A DNA stretch of 64,000 nt, taken from contig CM059432.1 of the NCBI GenBank assembly GCA_030390025.1, forward strand, positions 118,980,001-119,044,000. Reading direction: 5' to 3'. Of this stretch, positions 46,716 to 59,670 are shown in pieces (the stretch's first letter is position 1; each line of letters begins with the position of its first letter). Source of the DNA: Squalus acanthias. Taxonomy: Eukaryota. The notes below the pieces were generated by a model. The model was not told the origin of the DNA. It made no database searches and worked only from the letters and a program-made list of their open reading frames with translations. The position numbers were made by a program, and so were the translations under genes.

Positions 46716-48360
46716 GATAAGAAATAGGAGCAGGAGTAGGCCATTCGGCCCTTCGAGCCTGCTCCGTCATTCAATGAGATCATGGCTGATTTTCTGCCTC
46801 AATTCAATTCACCGGCTTTATCGCCATATCCCTTGATGCCCTTACTAGTCAGAAATCTATCGACTTCTGTTTTGAATATACCCAATGACTGAGCCTCCAC
46901 AGCCCTCTGGGGTAGAGAATTCCAAAGATTCATCACCCTCTGTGTGAAGAAATTTCTTCTCATCTCAGTCCTGAATGGCTTACCCTTTATCCTGAGGCTG
47001 TGGCCCCTGGTTCTAGACTCCCCAGCCAAGGGAAACATTCTCCCAGTATCAAGCCCTGTAATAATTTTGTATGCTTCAATGAGATCCCCTCTCATTCTTC
47101 TGAATTCAAGAGAATACAGGCCTAGTTTACTCAATCTCTTCTCATACGACAGTCCCGCCATCCCAGGAATCAATCTCGTGAACCTTCGTTGCACTCCCTC
47201 TATGGCAAGTATATCCTTCCTTAGGTAAGGAGACCAAAATTGTACACAGTACTCCAGGTGTGGTCTCACCAAGGCCCTATATAATTGGAGTAAGACTTCT
47301 TTACTCCTGTACTCAAATCCTCTTGTAATGAAGGCCAGCATACCATTTGCCTTCCCAATGGCATGCTGCACCTGCACATTCACTTTCAGTGACTCATGTA
47401 CAAAGACACCCAGGACCCTTTGAGCATCTGCATTCCCCAATCTTTCACCATTTAGGAAATACTCTGCCTTTCTGTTTTTTCTACCAAAGTGGATAACTTT
47501 ACATTTATCCACATTATAATCCATCTGCCATGTTCTCGCCCACTCACTGAGCCTGTCGAGATCCCCTTGAAGCCTCTTCACATCCTCTTCACAACTGACA
47601 CTGCCACCTAGCTTTGTATCGTCAGCAAATTTGGAAATGTTACATTTAGTCCCCTCATCCAAATCATTGATATAGATTGTGAATAGCTGGGGCCCAAGCA
47701 CTGATCCTTGTGGTACCCCACTAGTCACAGCCTGCCATCCTGAAAAAGACCCGTTTATCCCTACTCTTTGTTTTCTGTCTGTTAACCAATTCTCAATCCA
47801 TGCTAGTATATTACCCCCAATTCCATGTGCCCTAATTTTGTTCACCAACCTCTTGTGTGGGACCTTATCGAAGGCCTTCTGAAAATCCAAATACACCACA
47901 TGTACCGGTTCCCCTTCGTCTACTTCACTAGTTACATCCTCAAAGAACTCCAATAGGTTTGTCAAACAGGACTTCCCTTTTATAAATCCATGTTGACTCT
48001 GCCCAATCTTACTATTAGTTTCTAAGTGCCCAGTTATTGCATCCTTTAGAATAGATTCCAGCATTTACCCAACTACTGATGTGAGGTTATAGGTCTGTAG
48101 TTCCCCGTTTTCTCTCTCTCTCCTTTCTTAAATAGTGGGGTTACATTTGCTATCCTCCAATCTGCAGGAACCATTCCAGAATCTATAGAATTTTGGAAGA
48201 TGACAACCAATGCGTCCGCTATCCCAATGGCCACCTCTTTCAAAACCCTAGGATGTAGATCATCCGGTCCTTGAGATTTATCGACTTTTAGTCCCATTAA
48301 TTTTGCTAGTACTGTTTTTTTACTAATAATAATTTCTTTAAGTTCCTCATTCTCGCCACT
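46716..48360 (-). mobile_element. 5'-truncated CR1 LINE with a largely intact RT domain (ORF 46799-48064, 421 aa; upstream frame 48073-48297)
   Basis: QHGFIKGKSCLTNLLEFFE, YLDFQKAFDKVPH, SGVPQGSVLGP, KFADD; WRIANVTPLFKKG..GNYRP in the upstream frame. Confidence 0.95.
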
Positions 48361-49176
48361 TTAGGTTAATAGTGAGGGACAAGCCTATGGGAAGGGGGCT
48401 TAAACACAAAGATGAGAATTTTAAATTTGAACTCAATTAGACCTGCACAAAGAACTCAACACAAATAATAGGTTGTATATTTTATTTTTAAACACTCTCT
48501 TGGATAGCAAGAATCCTGGGATCAAAGAACTTAATAATAAACCATTCAACTATTTCAGGTGTACTTTCTAAAATTCTAATATAATTTAAACACTTTAATT
48601 ATGTGATAAACATTTTACCACATTTCCAAAGCAGTTGTTATATCATTTAGTGTTGTTCATTGAAGTATTTATCTTAAGAGTGTAAGGGCATATTCTGCAG
48701 AGCCTGGGTTAGATGTCACTACAGCCTTGATTCTCAACCAATGTTCAGCGCTACTGAGGCTCCCTACTGGGAGTGCAGCCTCACTTGATTTGCACTCTCA
48801 CATATTCTCAAATATGTGCTGTCCATGCACCTTGCAGTTCTACAGTGCACAGGAAGGGACCAAGCAAATATTCAGTCTACACACTGATAAGCTCCTCCAG
48901 CTAACTTTGCAAAGTTAATCGGTTGTCTACTTAAGGAAGGAGAAAATATTTAAAGTCAAGTGTTAAAATCTTTCAGATATATTTCCTGCCCTATTAATAC
49001 ACCATCTTTTTTCACTCATATTATTGACCAGAGGAAAATATATCCATTAAATTAGTTCGTTCTTGAAAAGTTCCTCTCAAATAGCTTTTTCCAACCAATG
49101 ATTATCAGGGTTGTGGGACACATTCTCCGCACTACATGTGTTTTTGTGGCTTTTTTACACGTCAGAAGTTTAAACT

Positions 49177-49236
49177 CACTATTGGGGGATTGAACCCCGG
49201 TCTCCCGCGTGACAGGCCAGGAATACTCACCAATAT
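49177..49236 (-). pseudogene. tRNA-Asp(GTC)-derived pseudogene fragment
   Basis: Minus strand TGGTGAGTATTCCTGGCCTGTCACGCGGGAGACCGGGGTTCAATCCCC resembles vertebrate tRNA-Asp. The acceptor stem is degenerate and a MITE abuts the 5' side. Confidence 0.65.
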
Positions 49237-49239
49237 GTA

Positions 49240-49945
49240 GGGCTAGAAATTCGGTGCATTTGCGCCTCCCGTTAGCGCCTCCGGGGGTGCAAACAACTTT
49301 TCGCCCGGGCGCAGCGCCGCTAACGACTCCCACTAAATTCAGCGGGAGTTTAGCGGTAGCGGCCCGCTCTGCTGCACAGGCGATGACGACATCATCACCG
49401 TGCGCAACACCCTGTTTCCGCCCCGCCTGCAAAACTGGCACGGGCCCCCTGAATCTGCGCTGGGCGATGAGAGCGACTGATTCTGGGGGCGGGAACAGAG
49501 CGGCAGGAGGCTCGCGGGGCACTAAGTAAAGGGGAGGTCGCAGACGGGGGGGGGGGGGGCAAACGGCCGTCTTGTCGCAGCCCGTTGTGTCTTTCAACGT
49601 GGGGTCCGTGCTGTGATCTTGCCGGCCGGCACTCCTTTTGACCCCGGTGGTCCGGGTAGGGCCCTGCAGAGTTGTGGGCTTGGGCCCTACTCTTTAATGA
49701 GGGGAAGAGCCCTTCCATGCGGCAGCGCTACGTGGCCTAGTGCGTAGCGCTGCAGAACGCAGCACCCCGATATTCGGGGTTAGCGCTGTAAGAATGAAGT
49801 GGAGCACTTGAATTAGCGCTCCACCTCCCTCTTGGGGCACTAAAACTGAATTTAGCGATCACCGGCACTATTTTTTGCCGGGCGCTAAATTTAGCGGCCA
49901 GGCGATGTTAGTGACCCAAAATGGTCGCTAACTAATTTTTCCCCC
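49240..49945. mobile_element. GC-rich Harbinger-like MITE
   Basis: GGGCTAGAAATT...AATTTTTCCCCC imperfect TIRs and a GTA duplication. Many TTAGCG/CGCTAA motifs near both ends. Confidence 0.65.
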
Positions 49946-50539
49946 GTAGTGTGTTACCATACATCAGCATTAATCTCTATGCTTTAGACAAAAGGCACTT
50001 CTGTTTATACTTCTATTTATAATGAAGATCCTTTTTCCTTTAAAAGTGCAGACCAGAAATACAACTCTCACCTTGTAGTGCTGCTTTCCTATCCGGCATT
50101 CCCAGCGAGCATGACACTTGAAGGGAATGTTGATTGGGAAGTCATAGGTCCTGAGACTCTGATTTTCCATCCATTAACTTGAATAGAAGGAAAATCATGG
50201 CCTGTAGGCGTGAAATTTCCTGTTTCATGCATGTGCCACTCCTTACTGAGAGCGTCTCACTGGGAAAGCAGCCTAAGTTTTCATCATTCATTAAAATGAG
50301 TCCAAGCACACTCACTGCTGAAGTCTTACCAGTACAACTTTTACACTTAAAAATGAACTGACATTATTGCAAATACAACCAAAATCAAAGTAATTACATT
50401 TTTGCACTGCCACATAACTTGTATGGGCTCTTGCCTGGATAATTGTGTACGGTTTCTGGAAAATGACTACTTAAATTTCTCTAATCAGTGAAACATTTTT
50501 TATATATACTGTACAGCTGCACCCACACAAATTGGTCCA

Positions 50540-50890
50540 CTGGCAGCACTCTTGCCTCTGAGTCAAAAGGTTGTGGGGCCCCACTCCAGAAGATATGATT
50601 TAGGCAGCTACTTCAGTGTAGTATAGAGGGGGTGCAGCATTGTTGGAGGTGCCAACTTTCAGGTGAGAAATTAAACCAAGGCCCCATCTGCATGTTTAGG
50701 TAGATGTAAAGGTTCCATAAGACGGTCGTCATGGTCAACATTTATACATCAATCAAAAAACAGATTAACAATCCCTTTATCTCACTGCTGTTCGTTGGAC
50801 CTTGCTGTATGCAAATTGGTGCCGAGTTTATCTACAAAACAACAATGGCTACACTTTGGACTCCTGGAAATGTGAAACCTGTTATATAAA
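50540..50890 (+). mobile_element. Decayed Deu-type SINE
   Basis: Homologous to 5133-5579. Confidence 0.6.
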
Positions 50891-52178
50891 TTTAAGTTCA
50901 TTTTGCATGTAATAGTCTTCGAGAGAGAAATACTATCAACAAGTGAAAGAAAATGAAAACTGCACAGTTTACAATCTGCTTTGAAACAATTATGGTTCAA
51001 TATTAAGGAGCCTTACTCTTGGCAGTACATGTAACAGAATATGAAGTGAAAGGAAAGTTATTATGGAGGAACTGAATATGAGCAAAAGAAAGCTTGGGGA
51101 ATAAGCTAAGCAAGTGAGGTTCTATTGAATAGTTACATTCAATCCAGCATCCATTAATCCTAAGAGCAGGACTGAACCATAAGCATCGTTTGATACATCT
51201 TTGAAATAAAGTCCACTTTCACCTTTGACGTAAAGTTCAAATTCATCACAAGTATAATTAAATGCAGTTTTACTTTCAAAGTTTCCCGTACTTGTCCCGG
51301 GTTTGCCGTACACATGTCTTGTTTTGCTGCCTTCAGCCTAGTACTCTTGTTCAGTATATCAATGTCTACCTGTTGCATTCACTCATTATTATGATGCTTT
51401 CAACATATCTGTATTGGTTTCTCTTTGTCTCAGCCCCTCAGTACCAGGAACAAGACTTTGAGTGTTGATTTAACACCAGCAATAGCTTCTGCCCTTGTCT
51501 CTGTTCACTGAGTCATTGAATTAAAGAGCTGCCTCATGCTAAAGCCCTAGCTCCTGATCTGATGTATTGGTTGGCTCGTTAAATCAAACCACCACTGCTT
51601 GATCCTCCATCTCAAGGGCCAGAGCTGGTACATTAATCTCCAACTCATTACCAAACAACAGAATATTTACTTTCCAGATATACAAGCAATTTCAGTATGC
51701 TTTGGTTCCAACCTATAACTATGAAGTGAAACTACAGTGTACGTTGTATAAAAGACTATTTTAGATGACACGGTGACTATAGGACATTTGTGGAATTCAC
51801 TTTGATTAAAGCTTGAACAACATACTGTTAGATCCATCCTAGAAGGTGTAATCAATCTTATGGGCTAACTCAAGGCCATTCCTCCATAAACGATGACTTT
51901 AATATCAGTCTCCAACTGTTCTGTTTGAGTGAGCAGAGCCCAGATGCATTATAATTGTCATCATCAATCCTTTATAACAGTTGGACCATTAATAATTATT
52001 GCTTTGGTTTATCCAGATGCAGATAATAATTCCCAAAGTTGTCTAGTAAGCTCTAACATATAGCTTAAGGTAGATATTTTATCCTGAAAGCTGGAATCTA
52101 ACCAACTTTCCAGCAAGAGTTCTTGTGCCTATTAAATCTGATGGCATCTGAACTTCTTTCTTTAAAAATAAACAGATG

Positions 52179-52885
52179 GGGCCAGATTTTACTGTCAAAA
52201 TAACGGTGGGGCTAATGATGTCACCGTTATTTATACGCAAATAGTACAGTAACTTCAGGCGAGGGGCAGATGCGCGGTTAAACTCAAATATCCAAAAATT
52301 GCTGCCCGAGTTGTGCCGCTCCACCGCTCGTTGGGCGAAAATGGCAATTTGCTATCTGCCTCACCATTGAATGGCATGAAGTTGCTGTATTTGCGCGGTA
52401 GATATGAACTAAACAGAACGTTAAGTAAGCGTAAGTACCCCTTTAACGGCATGATAAGTGTTAATTACTGCCAATCAACCTCTCTGGCACTGAAAAGTAA
52501 CTATTACAAGTGTGGAGTCTCATCCCTTCAGGTATTAATTGTTGTTGGAAATTTAAAAATGTAATTTTTTTTAATTACTTTTCCGTCCTGTCACTTTTTT
52601 TTCTAATTTTTTTTTCCCTCTATTTATTTCTCTTGCTGTGCCTGTTTTGACATTGAATTCACCCACTCTAATTTACGCTTCCTACTCAGTCCTTACACTG
52701 TTTATTTCTCAATCCTTCAATCTGATTGGTTAAGGAGACACACAGTTGCTTGCCTTGTTCACTCAGGTCTCAGATTCCCTGTATCCCTCACTGTGACATT
52801 CTCAGCTCGCACTTTCAATAACTTGCAATGCAAAACAATGTTCAAACCTAAATGTGCACAAGCAAGTCTAACTAATGACAGATGG
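52179..52885. mobile_element. Harbinger-like MITE, same family as 2751-4271
   Basis: GGGCCAGATTTT..AAAATAACGG start. Shares AAGTACCC..TAACG.CATGATAA..CAATCAACCTCT..CACCCACTCTAATT..ATTGGTTAAGGAGA with the 2.75-4.27 kb copy. Confidence 0.6.
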
Positions 52886-55767
52886 CGCCAACCCGCCGTG
52901 TTCCTGGCCGCCATAATGTTATCGGCAGCGATTCAGGCCACTGACTAAAAGCAGGTGGGGGCCTACTTAACATGCAAAAGTTGCAGCCCGATGACATCAT
53001 CGGCGTTGTGATGTAATACTAATATCAAGTCAGGAGAGAGCCCGCATTTGTCTGCTGCCCAGCAAACAGTGGGAGGAGCCGACTGACCAGAAAAGGCCAA
53101 GGTAATGTAAGAAATTTCCTTCTGTTTGAATTCCTTGTGGGCCAGGAGAACCAAGCCCCTCAAGTGGTCCTTGGGTCTCCCCAGCCCCGATCTCAAAGGA
53201 ACCCTGCAACGCCCCCCACCCCACGATTGTTCATCCACAATCGCCGTGGAACCCCTCCTTCCACTGACTGCTGGGGACCCTTCCCAATGGTCCCTGGCTG
53301 CAGCCAACTGCCATGAAATTCCAGCTCCCGCCCGCCAACCAGGTGTTGGGCTGGACTCTGGTAACTTTTATTTAAATGAAGCCTTGTCGTTAAGATCGGC
53401 AGGGCCTCCATGTCCCCAGACTCTCTGGGTGTGCTGCTCACTACCAAGCTTGCGCTCACCATTTCCGCACACGCCCAAAAACTCCTTCACCTTTAGCAAG
53501 ATGAGTTGTCCCAATGGTGTGGTCTACAGCTGTGCTTGACTTTGCCTTCTTCTGCTCTCGATGTCACTCCAGCATGAAAATAGGTGGTTCGCCATTTTGT
53601 TACATATTGAACAGAGCAATGATGTTAAACTTTCGTGTTGTTTTTGAAATGATCATTAGGCATGGCTTTTATACTGGTGTAACTATGCACAGGTTCTGTG
53701 GGCAATGAAGGAGGTTTTGCCACAAAATTCTGGTTTTCATGCATGTTGTACAGTGTAAAATTTAACTGAGAAAACAATGGCCATGCATCATAGAATTATA
53801 ACAACTTTTAGGAAATGGACATCTGTCCTGCAGGCACTCATAATGCTGCACACTGCAGGCCAATTCACTGCCTGCATTTGAGGTTCTAACACAGTAGAAA
53901 CTTTCTTTCTGTTTCCACAATGTTTGGATCGCTATTTGTGGCAAACAGGCAGATTGAAATATCCCTGTGGTAGTACTAACGGAGATGCCGAAATGCCAAA
54001 TCCTATTTCAGTTGCTAAATGGGCCATTCAGTTATTAAGTTGCATTGGAAAAACCTAGGCGGAGAGCCTCGGTTGATAGTGTGGGATACCATCAAGGCTG
54101 AAAAGCAAGTTTGAGAGAAGATAAACTAAATCAAGAAGTAGTGATTAGGTTGGGTTTTTACAAGCCTGTAGATTGTGGGAGGAAAGGAAGACTGAGAGAG
54201 AGAAGGGGCTCCGCAGTTCTGAGGTGCTGAGAAAGGATGAGTTTGAGTAGGAGACTGTGGAATGATTCTTGATTTAGAAATAGTGAGGATGCACGGAGAC
54301 GGAAGAACATGTAGAATAGCAAATTTCGAGCCTTGGTGCGAACAAAAGCAGGGTGTTTAGAGGAGCAAAATGGGGATCAACAGAAAGATTTAGATGGAAG
54401 TTGAAGTCTAAGGTTGAGAGGAGATTTGCCTATTAGCTGATAAACTTGTTCTGGTATCGTGTCCAGGGCCATGATATGCTCTATAACTGTCATTAAGTAG
54501 ACAGCATCACTCCCAACAGCAGAACTTGCTTCTAGCGCATTATTTCTCAATGATTCACTGATATTTGAGGTGATTGCGGGACAGCATCTAAATAGCATAT
54601 CGTTCAAGAGTCAATCAAATTTCTCTTCTATTTCATTACTAATTCAATCATTTTTTCAGCTTCTGTATGGTTAGTTAAGTACTTTACCATAGGCTGTTCT
54701 CATGATGTTAACTATGTTCTTATCCTCTTCTTCAGAGGGATGCCCCTGAGGCTGGAAGAGAATGACAGTGATGATTGTGAAATACATCAAGAGAGGCAAA
54801 CAGGACCTTACTTCCTGCACCACTGTTAAAAAATATCACCACCCCATCCCGGCTAACTAACACGACTGCCACATTCTCAGGCTCATCAACATAATCAAAG
54901 TCCATTATGTTAGCATCATTACCAATCTCACTCTGCATCACATTATAGACGCAGAGAGAGAAAAAAAAATCTAAGTGCCTGAGCCCATACTCCTAGACTG
55001 ACAGGGACTGGGCTTGGATAACTGGCAGAGCGTTTGCTATTTCAAAACTTCAGGTTCGAAAACCGCTGCGATTATTTCCCTGCAGTGCAACTACAACAGT
55101 GTGAACTGTAGGCGTCTCAGCCCAAGTATAAGGTTTGATCCATCACACCCTAACCGCATGTGATCGAAGCCCGGAGTGATTCTATTTAGCTTCTTTTTGC
55201 TGTGTTTATTTTATCAGGTACAGCAAGTTTCTACCGACAAAAGTGCAATTTCTGTCATTTTCAAAACCAAACTGTATTTCCAGAGAAATATTTGCTTGTT
55301 AGTCCAAATCAACCTCCTCACAGTCATATTAGGACAGAGCAGTACCAGTGAAAGCTTATTTGATATCATCGCCCCCCAAAAAATGAGTGTAATTATTTCA
55401 GATGTTTCCTCTGAGCATTGACATTAAATTGTCAGAACATCTGCACATTTAGACATTTATTAAGGAGATGCTGTCATTTAAATGCAAAAAAAAATGTTCT
55501 ATTTAGTCATTTGAAAACTGCAATATAAAGTCAAGAACATGATGTTTCACTGAACTTATTTTGCAGTTTTGTTTCCATTATACATGAGACATTCTGTTCT
55601 TACAAGCTGCCAACTATCATTGTCAAATATGTATGTTAAAATGTCATCACTTTTGTTACGGCATTGCTTTGGGCTTTTTACTGAAAATGAAAATAAATAG
55701 TTAAATTATTGCTTAAAGGTTTGGTTCTTATTTTTTGAACATAGTCAAATAAACTGTTACACTGTAT

Positions 55768-56270
55768 ATAGGAATACAGGAACAGACGGAGACCACTCAT
55801 CCCCTCGAGACTACTCTGCCATTCAATCAGATTATGACTGATCTGCACCTCAACTCTATTTACCCACCTTCGATCCATATCCCTTGATACTCTTACCTAA
55901 CAAAAATCTATCAATCTCAGTCTTCAAAATTAGAATTGACACAGCCTTTTGGGAGAGAGAGTTCCAGATTTCCACTAAATTCCACTAAAGTGCCTCCTGA
56001 TTTCACTCTGAAATGGCACAGTTCTAATTTGTGCCCCCTTGTTCTGGAGTCCTCCGCCAGAAGAAATACTTTCTCTGGATCTACCTTGTTGAATTACTTT
56101 ATCATTTTAAACATTCAATTAGATCACCTGTCAAACTTATAAACTCAAGAAAATACAAGGCAATTTTATGCAACCTGGCCTCATAATTTAACCCTTTAAG
56201 TTCTGGTATCATTCTAATTAATCTGCACTCTACCCTCTCCAAGGCCAATACATCCTTCCTGAGGTGCAGT
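55768..56270 (-). mobile_element. CR1 LINE 3' fragment
   Basis: HLRKDVLALERVECRLIRMIPELKGLNYEARL, plus a CR1-type 3' UTR. Confidence 0.75.
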
Positions 56271-57239
56271 AAAAGAAAGAAAGACTTGCATTTATATAGC
56301 ACTTTTCACGACCACCGGACGTCTCAAAGCGCTTTACAGCCAATGAAGTACTTTTGAAGTGTAGTCACTGTAGTACCCAAAACTGTAGGCTTGAAACTTT
56401 TTTTTCCCATTTCTGCCCTTGCTATCCTGTTAATTCATGAAGAAGTACAGGTCCAGAGGCTCTAGTACCTTGCCCAAGTGGCTAGTGTCCACCATCAAGC
56501 CTAAGCAGTGAATGGCAACAGGGAATTTGACTGTTTAAATGTCAGGTGTAAGCCATGGCACTCTCGCCTCCAACCCCACTCCAGAGACTTGAACACATAA
56601 TCTAGGCTCACACTCCAGTGGAGTACTGCACTGTTGGGAGGGGGTGCCATTTTTCAGATGAAAAGTTAAGCCGAGGCCCCATCTGCCCTCTCAGGTGGAC
56701 GTAAAAGATCCCATGGTACTTTTCGAAGAAGAGCAGGAGAGTTCCCCTGGTGTTCTGGCCAATATTTATTCCTCAACCAACATACTAAAACAGACAGGCC
56801 TAGAAATTGCTTACATTTGACACAGCCGTTAACGCTGGTTTTCTGGAAAAGAATGGCGGCCGCCATATTGATGAGGGGCATAGAGCCGTTGACAGCCCTG
56901 GCCCCTGAAATGTAAATTAGAGAATGTGACATCAATCAGCGTGCAATGCCTGACTTGACGCTCCGTCTGCACACTTGGATATTCTCACTCTCTTTAATGC
57001 TGGATCATAAGCACGCACAGAAAAGCGTGCATGAAGCAGCCCTGCTGAGACGCTGTCAGTGCTTCCTAAAAGGGACACACATGTCTTTCAGGTAAGTTTG
57101 CATTTAAGCTTTTGGACTTAAAAAAAATATTTTGTTGAAGTAGTGGCTTGGTGCAATAGATGTTAAAAGTTTTTCAAGTGTGCACGGAGTGTTGCTGGAC
57201 ATTTGCAAGGATTCGAATGGTAAAGGAAGGCCTCTGAGA

Positions 57240-59143
57240 CGACAGAAGCTGCTGGAAACTCAGCAGGTCAGGCAGCATCCGTGGAAAGAGAAACAGAGTT
57301 AACTGGGGGAATTTTTAAGGGGGTTCAGTGGGCGCGATCGGTGACGGGTTGGGTGGGAAAAAAACATTTTTGACAGCGGGTCAGAAACCCGCTGTCAACC
57401 CATCGCCACGTGACTTTCCCAAATATCGGGTCTGTCAGGGCTGAACAGACCCTACACGCAGCGGCGGGGGAGGCAATTCAGGTCATTAGGACCTTGTTAA
57501 CAACCCATTAAAAGTATTTTGAGCTCATCTTACCTTTTACGAGGTCACCCACGGGGTCCATGCTGCTCGGGGATCACGTCAGGTAAGGAGGTCGGGAGTT
57601 GTATCACCATGGGATCATCTCATTACGTGACAGTTGCAAATGTGCTATAAAAGCTCCCAGCTCAAAGCTGTTCACTTTCCAAGCTCAGAAGCTGTTGCTT
57701 ACTGCATTTGGAAGACAGATTGAGCTTTATGCTGGTTGCAAGTGTTTGGAGTAAACTCTCTATCCAGTGTCACCTCATTGGAACAACCTCTCTCACCATT
57801 GACAGATCGCTTCTCTCATCTCAAGTTCGCCTGCCATCTATTACATCAGCATCAGTGCCCTTGAAACTATCTCACCTTGGTCCTCAGAATCCCACCATGA
57901 TCCGCCCTAACACCAGCAGCACCAGGCACAACAGCAGCACCAACAACAACAACAACCTTCTCCGCAATCAACTGATGCTACACAGGACAGAGGGCATCAG
58001 CACCCGACCACATTGCTGCCCGGGAGGCCAGGGATGGCCTCACCATGGCCAGATTTACTTCACTTGATGCTGTACACCCTGGCTGCCACATAATGTGGCA
58101 GGTTGGCACGACCCCACGCCAACACCATAACGCATCCCTACAATACCCAAGCCATTCCTTTCATACTCATCACCATTACAGGGGGTACTGTTATGCCTCA
58201 CCATTCACTCCAACTCACTAAACCACTTCCAAAGATGCACACAAATCTGTCCAAGAACACAAAGTGTTGAAAATAAAGATTTTAATGTTTGACAGCACAT
58301 TAACAGAAACTTTACATGAACATTGCATAATACACCCAAGTGCCTACCCTTGTGTGTTGTTAATTGGTATGATTGCAATAGAATGAGGGTGAGTGTGAGG
58401 GGTGGCTAGTGAGATGGAGATGTGATAATGTAGATAGTGAGGGATGGATGGAGGTGCAAAGTAAGTTGGCATGAGTGAGGATGTGCCGGAGTAGGGTAGG
58501 GAAGGCAGAGTGATGGGGATGTGATGAGTGGCACAGCAGGATGAGGTTGAGTGTGGCTTTGCAGTAACGTTTCGTGATCTACTGAGATCATTGAAAGGTT
58601 TGCGCCACTGCAGCCTGGTCCTCCTGACCATATCCCTGCTTGTGCCCTCCTGTGCAATGTGCAACCAGGCTGCGTTGGTCTCCTGGGGAGGTCTCTTCCG
58701 CCCATTGGAAGGGAAGAGAACTTGCCTGTGTGCTGTGATGCCCTCCATAAGCATATGGAGGGAGTCATGGGCGAGCCTGGGTGCAGCCTTGCACCTTTGT
58801 GCAGTGCTCGTCAGTGTTTGCAGCACCTCAATGCTGTAGAACACTGACAGCAGAACTGTCAAAATCAATTTGTGCATGGTCCCTTTAAGGAAACCGGCTG
58901 ATAACGCATCATGAAATGACATCATCAGACCCGCTTCATTCAATTGGCCGGCTAACGCGCTGGGCGGGCTTAACAAGGCCAATCATCATAAAATCATTTC
59001 ACAGAGCAGGATGGAGCCAGCAGCGGGGTTGGGACCCCGCCAAGGTAGGGGAAATTGCGGCCAACGTTTCAGGTCGAGATGCTGCCTGACCTGCTGAGTA
59101 TTTTCAGCATTTTCTGCTTTTATTTCAGATTTCCAGCATCCGC
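57240..59143. mobile_element. Penelope pLTR inverted-repeat remnant split by a Harbinger derivative
   Basis: CTCAGCAGGTCAGGCAGCATC..AGAGAAACAGAGTTAAC | AACGTTTCAGGTC..GATGCTGCCTGACCTGCTGAG, the same pLTR as at 42.3 and 45.4 kb. Confidence 0.7.
57305..59062. mobile_element. Internally deleted Harbinger derivative, sister copy of 25697-27464
   Basis: Collinear similarity over about 1.7 kb, including matching 212-codon minus-strand ORFs. Confidence 0.78.
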
Positions 59144-59639
59144 TCACAGAGGGAAGCGGAAGAAGCACAAAAGATAAATGCAGAAGAGGAAGAAGCAGAA
59201 TAGGAGGAAGCAGAAAGCAGGATGCAATTCAGACAGCCCCATTCTGGCCAGGATATCCAGGATGGAATCATCCGCCTGTGGTACCAGTGACCACAACCCC
59301 AGTTCCCCTTTCAACTTTTGTCCTACACCTTACCTTCCCTCTGTTACTGATCATCACAGCATCCTCTTGGCCACAATGATGAAATAAAAGCCACCACAAA
59401 GCAAACTTTCCAATCCAACTTTATACATCTATCCATCCAATGTAACATCAAGAAATCAACTCATCACCCTTGTGCCTTTGTCTATTCTACTGATGTCTCG
59501 CAGTGCTACCTCAGTGGCTGCAGCATGGCTGGTGGGAGGCTGCTGACTTTCAGTGGGGGACACTGCAGATGGCCTTGTTGGAAGAGCTCAAGGAGCTGGT
59601 GGCTGGAAGTGTGCAATCGAGTGACGGTGCTGGTGGTGG

Positions 59640-59670
59640 TTCTTCTTCTTCTTCTTCTTCTTCTTCTTCT
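59640..59670. repeat. (TTC)n microsatellite
   Basis: About 10 TTC units, seen directly. Confidence 0.9.

Noticed and set aside
49177..49236. Functional tRNA-Asp gene
   Set aside because: Acceptor stem and 5' end are degenerate or missing.
49052..49718. GC-rich ORFs or CpG-island-like promoter
   Set aside because: Coincides with a MITE bounded by TIRs and a GTA duplication; the ORFs have no recognisable motifs.
53685..53710. AG|GTTCTGTGGG as the mammalian-type final NETO1 exon
   Set aside because: It would encode only FCGQ* and has a weak polypyrimidine tract; no similarity beyond two residues.
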